The notes under the pieces: model-generated | The model's database searches: none | What the model was told of the DNA's origin: nothing | What the model saw: the letters and a program-made list of their open reading frames with translations, nothing else | Position numbers and translations under genes: made by a program | NCBI GenBank assembly: GCA_037305845.1 | Contig: CP147778.1 | Location: forward strand, 2,816,001 to 2,880,000 | Origin: Candidatus Freyarchaeum deiterrae | GTDB taxonomy: Archaea > Asgardarchaeota > Jordiarchaeia > Jordiarchaeales > Jordiarchaeaceae | Direction of reading: 5' to 3' | Length of the DNA: 64,000 nucleotides | In this document: piece by piece, positions 10,228-18,761 of the stretch | Numbering within the stretch: the stretch's first letter is position 1 | Layout: the number at the start of each line of letters is the position of its first letter

Positions 10228-10983
10228 TTAACTCATTTGACGTGATCCGTAGAATACTAAAGCGGACATTATCAAGCCTACGAATAGGATGATGAATGCT
10301 AACCATGGTGCTAGTACTCCCATGAATAGGAAGATTCCCGCGATTATGGATAGTACTCCTGTCGCTACGCTTAGTCCCGGGCTGTCTAGTCCTTCTCTCA
10401 GATTGACGAATGTGGCTCCGAAAATGATTAGTGTGCTTCCGACTGCTATGAGACCGAGCCATAAGAACACACCGTTAACGGCGGGTACGCCGCCCATAAC
10501 GACTAGGAACGCAAGCGTCCAAATAGGGGTTAGACCGATGATGTCGCTAAAATGTGTGATTAAGTATATTGAGGTAAGGTTATGCGTAGTGCCGCCAGTC
10601 GCCGCCCCAGCAAGCAATAGTATTAGGGCTAGTATGGCTCCTATTACTCCGAATACTAGGCTGACGGTGCCCATAGATTTTCCTTCTATTTTTCCCAGTC
10701 CGTAGAGTCCTACACCCATAAGAATTAGAGTAAGAACCAACAGTAACGCTAGAATAAAGGTTACAAACATGAAGCTGCTTAATGCACTACTTAAAGCCAA
10801 GTTCTGGAAGAGGCCTACAACTATGGTGTAATCATAGAGAATGAAAAAGAGATTTTGTATGGCCATCGCTTGTTGGTACATTGAACTGAAAGTGTAGTAT
10901 TGTATAATCCAAAATATTCCTATTACGGTCGCTACTATGCCGAGCACTGAGCCGATAATTCCCGCTGTAACTGATTTACTCAT
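10228..10983 (-). CDS. Hypothetical multi-pass membrane protein (tandem paralog A)
   Basis: 6-7 hydrophobic segments. Near-identical blocks shared with 11238..11990. Confidence 0.8.
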   Translation of the reverse strand: MSKSVTAGIIGSVLGIVATVIGIFWIIQYYTFSSMYQQAMAIQNLFFILYDYTIVVGLFQNLALSSALSSFMFVTFILALLLVLTLILMGVGLYGLGKIEGKSMGTVSLVFGVIGAILALILLLAGAATGGTTHNLTSIYLITHFSDIIGLTPIWTLAFLVVMGGVPAVNGVFLWLGLIAVGSTLIIFGATFVNLREGLDSPGLSVATGVLSIIAGIFLFMGVLAPWLAFIILFVGLIMSALVFYGSRQMS

Positions 10984-11237
10984 ATATCCTCACTCATTCG
11001 TTGTTTCTATAATGAGATATTTTCTCAAATAAGCATATAGACTTTACGGTATTAAAGGGGATTAAACGTACTTTTGTAAGAGTGCTTCGAGCAATTTAAT
11101 ACTTTAAAAGCATCATTAGTAGCGCAGATGTCTCTTTTCTTGCACCCCTCATCTTTTTAATTCTTTTTTACAAGAAAATCAGAGAAGATGCATTATTGTT
11201 GAATCAGAATCTAAAATAAAAAAAATATGAGAATAGT

Positions 11238-11990
11238 TTAATCCATTTCACGTGATCCGTAGAATACTAGGGCTGCCATTATGAAGGCAACGAACAGGAT
11301 GAATGCAGCTAGCCATGGAAGCAATATTATCCCAAACAAGAAGATTCCCGAGATTATAAATAGTACTCCTGTAGCCGTGCTTAGTCCCGGGCTTTCCAAT
11401 CCTTCTCTCACACTGATGAACGTTGCACCGAATATAATGATAGTAACACCGACTACTATGAAACCTAACCATAACCAGATTGAACTGACGTTAGCCACTC
11501 CACCTAAGAGGACAAGTATGTAAATAGGATACGTTGTAATCAACGGGAGATCGTAAATGAATGTCAGCAGTGAGATAAGTGTTGGCGTGTTGGGACCAGT
11601 TGCCCCCATCAGCAAAAGTAGTATAGCTAGGATGGCTCCTATTACACCGAATACTAGGCTGACGGTGCCCATAGATTTTCCTTCGACTTTACCGAGTCCG
11701 TAGAGTCCTACGCCAGTCAAAATTAAAGTTAAAACTAGAAGAACACCAAGGATAAATGTTAAACCAGCTAAATTACTTTGCAAGTCACTCACATGGATGT
11801 TCATGAAGAAACTTATCTGAACTACACGATCAAGTAAGCTTGGTTGAATGATTGGAAGATTTTGAATACCAACCGCGGCGTCATGATTTGCAACGAAGTC
11901 CACGTACCTTATACCCCACAGAATTCCAACAATAGCTGCCACTATGCCTGAAACAGCGCCGAAAATACCGGTAACAATAGATTTACTCAT
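11238..11990 (-). CDS. Hypothetical multi-pass membrane protein (tandem paralog B)
   Basis: Shares GVGLYGLGKxEGKSMGTVSLVFGVIGAILA, REGLxSPGLS and ALVFYGSR with paralog A. Confidence 0.8.
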   Translation of the reverse strand: MSKSIVTGIFGAVSGIVAAIVGILWGIRYVDFVANHDAAVGIQNLPIIQPSLLDRVVQISFFMNIHVSDLQSNLAGLTFILGVLLVLTLILTGVGLYGLGKVEGKSMGTVSLVFGVIGAILAILLLLMGATGPNTPTLISLLTFIYDLPLITTYPIYILVLLGGVANVSSIWLWLGFIVVGVTIIIFGATFISVREGLESPGLSTATGVLFIISGIFLFGIILLPWLAAFILFVAFIMAALVFYGSREMD

Positions 11991-12249
11991 AAATCCTCAC
12001 TTTTAATAGCTGTTGTTATAAGTTAGTTTTAAAAAAAATATATAGATTTTACGGTATAAGCAAAATGTATGGTAATCAATACAAAGATTCTTTGAGGATT
12101 GTGGGTTGCACAGCATCTATCTTTTCATGGAGGCTCTCATCCTATACTATGAAAAGTTCTAAAATTTCCGCTCATAAAAAAGTAGAAAGAAGAGCGTATC
12201 GATTTTTTTAAAAAAATGTTTGAAAATATGTACCCTTCACTTCACATTT

Positions 12250-12615
12250 TCATTTTGAGTGATTATGATTCTTCGATGGGTAAAGTACATGTCTTGTGTA
12301 CGCGACTCCTAGGGGCGTTAAGTCTACGTCGCTTCCTTGCACTGTAATATAAAAAGAGTCTTGCAGTAGTTGGAGATGAAACTTTATAGTTTTTTCGTCC
12401 ATACTCATTTTTTTGGATATATCTTTTATTTTTAGAGGTCTGTCTTTGAGAAGCGTCATAATCTCTCGCCTGGTTGGGTTTTGCATGGTGTGAAGTTCTC
12501 TTCTGTGTTCCTCAGTCTGATTTCCCAACAGTTCCTTGTTTACTTCCTTTTCTCTCCAAGCGTCGATTTCCTCATCACTCATTCTTCTATAATCTATCTT
12601 AGGCAACACTCTCAC
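12250..12615 (-). CDS. ArsR-like winged-helix protein (paralog A)
   Basis: MQNPTRREIMTLL...KTIKFHLQLL...LTPLG. Confidence 0.75.
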   Translation of the reverse strand: MRVLPKIDYRRMSDEEIDAWREKEVNKELLGNQTEEHRRELHTMQNPTRREIMTLLKDRPLKIKDISKKMSMDEKTIKFHLQLLQDSFYITVQGSDVDLTPLGVAYTRHVLYPSKNHNHSK

Positions 12616-12885
12616 CTTTCAACTCTACTCTTTACAAAAATGACACGTACCAATTATTAAAATGCATTCAACAGTGTTATTGTATCATATTGAAATGCTT
12701 TCAAAATAAAGTTTGCGTGTCGTTCTTTAAACTGAAATTCCAACATCACACATTCACATAATGCCTTTACTAGATTTAGCGGCACAAGGTGGCTCTAATG
12801 TTATATGCGGAAAAAGAGCATATTAAAGTCAAAGTATTGGAAGAGTTGGTTGTCCGAACACAACTTTCTTTACATTTTCATATTT

Positions 12886-13254
12886 TTATTTTAACACATT
12901 TCTTGTGTACGCTACTCCCGGAGGTGTCAAGTCTACCTCATTTCCTTCTATTTTAATAAAGAAGGATCGTTCTAGGACTTGTAGATGGAACCTTAATGTT
13001 TTTTCTTCTAGTTTCAATTCACCTGCTATCTCTTCTATTGTTAGAGCCTTATCTTTGAGAAGTGTCATAATCTCTCGTCTGACTGGGCTTTGCATGACGT
13101 GTAGCGACCTTCTGGCTTCAGTTGGGTTTCCTACCAGCCCTGCATCTGCTACTTTTTTCCTCCAGGCTTCAAGTTCTTCGTTACTCATTTCTCTACAATT
13201 TTTCTTCTTCAAACCTCTCACCTTTTCTTCAGCTATCCGAGATGGATGTACCAT
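12886..13254 (-). CDS. ArsR-like winged-helix protein (paralog B)
   Basis: MQSPVRREIMTLL...KTLRFHLQVL...LTPPG. Confidence 0.75.
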   Translation of the reverse strand: MVHPSRIAEEKVRGLKKKNCREMSNEELEAWRKKVADAGLVGNPTEARRSLHVMQSPVRREIMTLLKDKALTIEEIAGELKLEEKTLRFHLQVLERSFFIKIEGNEVDLTPPGVAYTRNVLK

Positions 13255-13581
13255 GGATTTAAGTAAGATAAAACAGTAATCTGTATGCTTCCAAGTTATA
13301 TATCTAACAAATTTTTCATCATGTTTTTTCTCAGATTAAAATTCAGCACCAACCGTTTCCATGCTGCCCCTAAAGGTATTCATTAGCATCATGGTTCATG
13401 CTAAGAGTTGTATGCAGAAAAAAACTTGAGGACTGCTACACAATTTTACCTTGGGAGCCATGCTTAGGCTTTGGATTGGAATTTGGGGCAATCGAAAATA
13501 TAGAGTTAACTGAACCTCTTCTTTTTTAGTTCATCTATAATCGTAAAACGAGGCCTTTTCTTAGGAGAGCTTGAAAAAAAA

Positions 13582-13848
13582 TTATTCTTCGAAAACCCTT
13601 GTTTTTATTCTATTAAATTCTTTTACCGTGATTGCTCCAGCTTCTAAGGCTTCTAAGGCTACCGTGATTTCTTCCAATACTATGCGTGCTTTTTGGCAAA
13701 CCTCACTGGGGGTGTCTTGATCCCTTTCTATTTTTTCGTATTCTTCCCAGCACTGTTCTAGGCACTTGTGTATATCGTTGGATTTGCCGCTCTCCTCTTC
13801 TAAGAGGGAGGCCAACTCCCTTAAGTTATTCATAGCCGCTTTTGACAA
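13582..13848 (-). CDS. Small helical protein with C-terminal SHOCT-like motif
   Basis: GAGGGTGG upstream of the TTG start. C-terminus LEAGAITVKEFNRIKTRV. Confidence 0.6.
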   Translation of the reverse strand: MSKAAMNNLRELASLLEEESGKSNDIHKCLEQCWEEYEKIERDQDTPSEVCQKARIVLEEITVALEALEAGAITVKEFNRIKTRVFEE

Positions 13849-14298
13849 TATCTTCCACCCTCACGGAAGTTTATTCATTACCTTAAAATGTAATCCACGC
13901 ACTTATATCCCTTATGCATCTAATTTATTTAGCTCTCCTTATATTTTTTTAGATTTTTATCAATAGTTTCTAGGTTTTCCTAACATTTCAATCTTTATAG
14001 AACACATATTACTATTAAGTATGTAGAATATCATGATATTAGCGCCATATATATCTAAACAGATATAACAGTGTTACTTAATACAAAAAGCTATTTCTAC
14101 CACCCACATTGTTTCAAAATAACTAGTTCACCCTAAAAAGATTATACACCTGTAAAATATATGTGCCAAATTTAGTACTGGTTTCACAGTCCAGAACCCA
14201 AAAAGAAAAAGACAGAATGGATTAAATCAAATAGGTAACGCAAAGTATTTCTCTGATTAGTTATCGAAATAGAAAAAGGGAAATATCCCTTAACCTCC

Positions 14299-15843
14299 CT
14301 ATTTGAAGAGTTCCTTCCTCGCTCTTCTCGACTGTTTAGCGTTTCCCACAGTAGCTTCATCTTCTGAAGTCCCCTTTCTTGACCTTAATTCATTGAGTTC
14401 ACCTGCTAAAGCCTTATTGACACTTGCTGCTTTCGGCGCTGCCATGGGGGCTCCTGCAATTTGTTGTTGATATCCTGAGATTATTTCTTCGGCTTTGTCT
14501 TGTTTGCCTTGATAGGCTGCTCTTCCTGCTTGCTGTACTCTCATTGCTCCCGAGATTTCTGGTTCATATGTTTTTACGTACTCCTTTTCGTCTTTAGCCC
14601 TTTGGACTTTTTTTGAAACTACTCGTAGGTGCTTCTTTCCTTCGGCGTCTGTGTACTGGATTTGTGCCTGGATTGAAACTTCTTCATCTTTTATTTCCTT
14701 GGCTGATTCCATTTCGAAGTAAATCTCTCTGTCAGATGTTACTCCTCCCAGTCGAATAGGTTCTTCTGGTTTCAAGGTTTCGGACGCTGTTCCTGTCGCA
14801 TCCACAAGTTTTAAGGCAGGTGGAGTAAACATTTGCACTTCTACGTTTCGAGCTATGTATCCCTTACCTCGAATGTCGGCGAATGTTTTCTCAATTTCCT
14901 CCATAGTTACGTAGTAGATGTCTCCTCCGGTTTCCAGAGCGAGGTTTCCCAGAGTCTTTAAAGCTAATTGACTCTCTGTTGACTGCTCACGTACACCGAC
15001 CACATCAACTATTATGTTACTGAGATTGCAGCTTCCCGCAGCTTCTTTGTAGAAGTTTTTACCCGTGGCACTCGCGCCTTCGAGGGTTCCGAACCCTGTG
15101 TTGGCCAGTCCGTCGGTGAGCAGGAGTAAGCGTCCTCCGCTTCTCATCTTGAGAAGAGTGTATCCTCCGAGGAGTCCCGGTCCTAGGGATGTCATATCCA
15201 TGGGCTGAAGTTTAGATACGGTTTCTATCCATTTTTTCGCAGTTTTTTCAACAGGCTCAAAATCGTACTTCGCTTGGCTGAACTTTTCTGCGGCTTTTTC
15301 CTGAGAATAAAGATCATCACCGGTCACTGTTAGAGCGTTTGTACCTCTATAGTCGATTAGATAAACGCTGGATTCAAAGGCGATTAAACCGAACTTGCTC
15401 TGAGGCGCATTGACCTTAAGGTCCTTTATGGTTTCAGCCAAGCTATGCTTGACCGCCTCAAGTTTTCCTCCGGACATTGAGCCTGAAACATCTATTACTG
15501 CAACAATGTTGTCCCCTGTCAATGCTGGCTTTGTTGTCTTAATCTCCATGGCTTCTTCTATTATGAAGTCGACGTCATCGATTAGGTGAGCTGGTAAATC
15601 CTTGGGATCAACCACGTTTATTGCGCCGCAAAAAGCGCATTTAAAATGCGTTCCTATTTTGGGGTCTTTTTTAACACTGCTGGGGTCCGTTAAGACTCCG
15701 CCGCACTTTTGGCATTGGATAGGCTTTCCCACAATAACCTCTTTAGGCTTTTCCAAGTCTTCAAAAGACAGGGAGGCTACGTAAGGTAAATCTTCTTTGG
15801 TAGCTTTTCTCTCCAAAATCTTGTTAAAAGATGTTTTAAACAT
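14299..15843 (-). CDS. Sec23/Sec24-like protein: Zn finger + vWA domain + beta-sandwich
   Basis: PIQCQKCGGVL...FKCAFCGAIN, then VAVIDVSGSM, MTSLGPGL, LLLTDG, LALETGG, and a beta-rich QAQIQYTDAEGKKHLRV segment. Confidence 0.75.
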   Translation of the reverse strand: MFKTSFNKILERKATKEDLPYVASLSFEDLEKPKEVIVGKPIQCQKCGGVLTDPSSVKKDPKIGTHFKCAFCGAINVVDPKDLPAHLIDDVDFIIEEAMEIKTTKPALTGDNIVAVIDVSGSMSGGKLEAVKHSLAETIKDLKVNAPQSKFGLIAFESSVYLIDYRGTNALTVTGDDLYSQEKAAEKFSQAKYDFEPVEKTAKKWIETVSKLQPMDMTSLGPGLLGGYTLLKMRSGGRLLLLTDGLANTGFGTLEGASATGKNFYKEAAGSCNLSNIIVDVVGVREQSTESQLALKTLGNLALETGGDIYYVTMEEIEKTFADIRGKGYIARNVEVQMFTPPALKLVDATGTASETLKPEEPIRLGGVTSDREIYFEMESAKEIKDEEVSIQAQIQYTDAEGKKHLRVVSKKVQRAKDEKEYVKTYEPEISGAMRVQQAGRAAYQGKQDKAEEIISGYQQQIAGAPMAAPKAASVNKALAGELNELRSRKGTSEDEATVGNAKQSRRARKELFK

Positions 15844-16040
15844 TCCACAATTCTCCAGCTATTCCGATTAAACATTTAACATAGTGTTAGAAATATAAAA
15901 AATTGAAACTAGGTAGTTAACTAATCAACTTACGAATAAAAATGTGTTATGGAATCGAAGGAATATTTTTATGCGATAGAATAATAAACCATTCCATTTT
16001 TATATTGTGTAAGAATTTTGAAACTAAGGAGGTTAAAATA

Positions 16041-16559
16041 TTGCCAATTATCGAATACTTGGGTAAGGCTCCAAAGATTCACTCGACAGCTTATGTCAGC
16101 CCTAATGCCTTTGTTTCGGGTGCCGTTGAAGTAGGTGAGCGGGGTTCAATTTTTGATTACGCAGTGGTTAGAGGCGACTTCTCAGCTATTAAAATTGGCA
16201 AGAACTCTAATGTTCAGGACTGCTGCTCGGTTCACGCGGCTACAACTGAGTGCGTCATAGGCGACAATGTGACAGTGGGACATGGAGCTGTTATTCATGG
16301 TGCAAAAATTGGTAATATGATAATAGTGGGAATAAACTCAACAGTACTTGATGGGGCTGAGATAGGCGATAACTGCATCATTGGCGCAGGAGCCGTTGTC
16401 ACCCCGAGTACCAAAATTCCCCCAAACAGTTTAGTTGTTGGCAACCCGGGAAAGGTCGCAAGAGAAATCAGCGAAACCCACCTCGCCACAATAAAATTCA
16501 GTGCTGAGAGTTACTCACAACTGGCGCAAAACTACAAAAAGATTTTTAAAAAACCCTAA
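16041..16559 (+). CDS. Gamma carbonic anhydrase family protein (YrdA/CaiE-like)
   Basis: Hexapeptide repeats, VRGD, NVQD, and His ligands in VH..GH..IHG. Start moved from 15942 to the TTG at 16041, which follows AAGGAGG. Confidence 0.88.
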   Translation: MPIIEYLGKAPKIHSTAYVSPNAFVSGAVEVGERGSIFDYAVVRGDFSAIKIGKNSNVQDCCSVHAATTECVIGDNVTVGHGAVIHGAKIGNMIIVGINSTVLDGAEIGDNCIIGAGAVVTPSTKIPPNSLVVGNPGKVAREISETHLATIKFSAESYSQLAQNYKKIFKKP

Positions 16560-16577
16560 TCCTAACTCCTTTTATTT

Positions 16578-17204
16578 TTAGGGTCTTTTTACAACATCGA
16601 ATAGTTTGTCCAAATCTTTGGTTATCTTTTCTTTTTTCTCGTTTAACGTCTTCGTTATCATCTGGTATTCATTTTCAGTGATTCTCTTTTCTTCCCTAGC
16701 AACCTCAACTTCTGCCATTCTGCTGAAGAGTCTTTCGAGTTCTCGCTCCAGATCGTGCAGTGAAACTTTAGGTCTTTGACCCATTAGGTCCCAATAACTT
16801 GCGCGAGAGATTTTCCCTTCTTCCTTTAACTCAGGCTTTTTAACTGGTTCAGGTTCTTTCTCCAACATGTATTCCCGTTCTTCCGCTTCCGGCTTAACGC
16901 TGGCTTGCTCTTCTTTCACCATAAGGGTCTCACCAGCGGAGACGAAAATCAGTTCCTGAATCAGGTTGACCGCGGTTTCTAAAAGGGTTTCAACATTTCG
17001 AACCCGCTCGTCTAATCTGTCTATTTTCTGTACTAGGGAATCGAAGCCGTTGTCTATTTTTTTCTTCTCAGTGATCTTATCAAGCATTCTATCAAGGAGT
17101 GATTTCATTCTCTCTATCTCTTCCCTTCCAACCAAAGCCGCTCCCTCCACAATGTCGTATGGGCTCTCAACTTGTTTCATTTTTAAAGGCTCCCTTCTTA
17201 CCAA
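16578..17204 (-). CDS. Coiled-coil hypothetical protein with C-terminal helical-hairpin motif
   Basis: Heptad-rich segments. C-terminal LFSRMAEVEVAREEKRITENEYQMITKTL. Confidence 0.7.
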   Translation of the reverse strand: MVRREPLKMKQVESPYDIVEGAALVGREEIERMKSLLDRMLDKITEKKKIDNGFDSLVQKIDRLDERVRNVETLLETAVNLIQELIFVSAGETLMVKEEQASVKPEAEEREYMLEKEPEPVKKPELKEEGKISRASYWDLMGQRPKVSLHDLERELERLFSRMAEVEVAREEKRITENEYQMITKTLNEKKEKITKDLDKLFDVVKRP

Positions 17205-17476
17205 TTAATCGTATTATTTTATAAACATATTACTTATTTCAAACTACCACAAATCTATTTGTAATACCCATGTAATACCTTATCTTAAGTATTCTCCGCT
17301 ATTTCGCCCAAGAAATGTTGTAATGTATTTTTTAAATAAGTATTTAAATTTTATTATTTACTCGCTTTGTTAAGAGATTCGAGAACTAGTAACCCTTCAG
17401 TTAAAGGAAAAAAATATGAAGTTAAAAAGAAAGAAACTTCTTTTCCCATAGTAAAAAGAAAAAAATTGATATGAGA

Positions 17477-17908
17477 TTATAAGTAGAATACGCCACCAAG
17501 TTGGAAATAATAGAACAATATGGCTCCAATTGCGGCAACTATGATAAAAATGGCCAGTGTTGTTATCATCACAAGTCGGGCTCTTCGTATAAGCTGTAGG
17601 GGTGCTTTTGGTCTAAGCAAGAATATCGTTATAAGAGTGACACCTAGGCCTACCGTTACGAGCCCAACTATGGCATGTACTATTATGAATAAGTTCTCAT
17701 TGGGGTAGGAAAAAGAACTAAGATATGTAAGGGCGCTAGGAGCCATCCAAAGGATTATGATGGCTACTTGTGTAGCGATCACCGAATAAACTATTCCGTG
17801 GTGCAGCCTTAGGTTTAGTCTTCTTGCTCCGAAACGCCAACCAATAATAAGTGCCGCTACTAAAGCTATTTCAACTGGTAGCACGATTATAGCTTGTAAA
17901 GCAGGCAT
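17477..17908 (-). CDS. 4-TM membrane protein with His residues (DUF420/cytochrome b-like)
   Basis: Four hydrophobic helices, LHHG and IVHAIVG. Starts 7 nt after the stop of the upstream gene. Confidence 0.65.
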   Translation of the reverse strand: MPALQAIIVLPVEIALVAALIIGWRFGARRLNLRLHHGIVYSVIATQVAIIILWMAPSALTYLSSFSYPNENLFIIVHAIVGLVTVGLGVTLITIFLLRPKAPLQLIRRARLVMITTLAIFIIVAAIGAILFYYFQLGGVFYL

Positions 17909-17915
17909 GTTCTTT

Positions 17916-18689
17916 TCACTTCCTCTTCTTTTTCTTCTCTACTTTGGCACTAATATCGCTGATGCTTCCCCTAGTAGTGAACATACAGGAATCAATTGAA
18001 GTTTCCCTATTCTCATGACTAGTCAGAATTGCTGATCCTATCATTCCCCAGGGGCAAAACCTGGTATTGGCTTTTAGGTAAGCATCTGAATCATGAATCT
18101 TTGCGAAGGCGCAACCATTTGCAACAACTTTGACCTTGTTATCTTCAGTCACTGTAGCTCGGGCGTATTTTACAAATTTCTTTTCCTGAATGTATTTGGT
18201 GTACGCGTCGAGTTTATCTTTCAGTGGAACTTTTTCTCCTATAAATGCCGCCGGGAGGTAAGCCGAGAGGATGTCAGCTAATCGTTTGAACACATAATTC
18301 TTAATTGCAGTGTCACCCAGGATGTTTATGAAAACACTTTCGTAGCCAAAAATTGCAGCTCTAAGTTCCCAAATTTCCTCCATTGTGAAAGCCTGTGCCG
18401 CCCGTTCTTCACTAGTTCGTTCTACCTTTTTTTTGAGTCGCGACATGAAAGATTTAAGCTCGGAAATCAATTTATCAGAGTCCCCTTTCTCGGAGAAGAT
18501 TTCTGGAAGAAACTCTCGGACATAATAAACCATTCTCGGTAATACGTGCTCCTCCAGAACGTTTGGGCCAATCAGTTCAATTCCAACCGCTTCATAGGCT
18601 TCTAAAATACCGTTGTAAAGGAACACCGCTTCCAATTCTTCTTTATTAGTCTTGGATTCATCCATTTCGTTCCCTTGCATAATATACAC
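17916..18689 (-). CDS. V4R/MetOD1-like domain protein with duplicated N-terminal helical half
   Basis: VKVVANGCAF...FCPWG...DSC C-terminal pattern and an internal repeat. Confidence 0.6.
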   Translation of the reverse strand: MYIMQGNEMDESKTNKEELEAVFLYNGILEAYEAVGIELIGPNVLEEHVLPRMVYYVREFLPEIFSEKGDSDKLISELKSFMSRLKKKVERTSEERAAQAFTMEEIWELRAAIFGYESVFINILGDTAIKNYVFKRLADILSAYLPAAFIGEKVPLKDKLDAYTKYIQEKKFVKYARATVTEDNKVKVVANGCAFAKIHDSDAYLKANTRFCPWGMIGSAILTSHENRETSIDSCMFTTRGSISDISAKVEKKKKRK

Positions 18690-18761
18690 TTCCCTTCCTT
18701 TTGTGGCAGTTACTAATCATTAAAAAATATAACATAAAAATATTTCTACTTAACTAGATAG

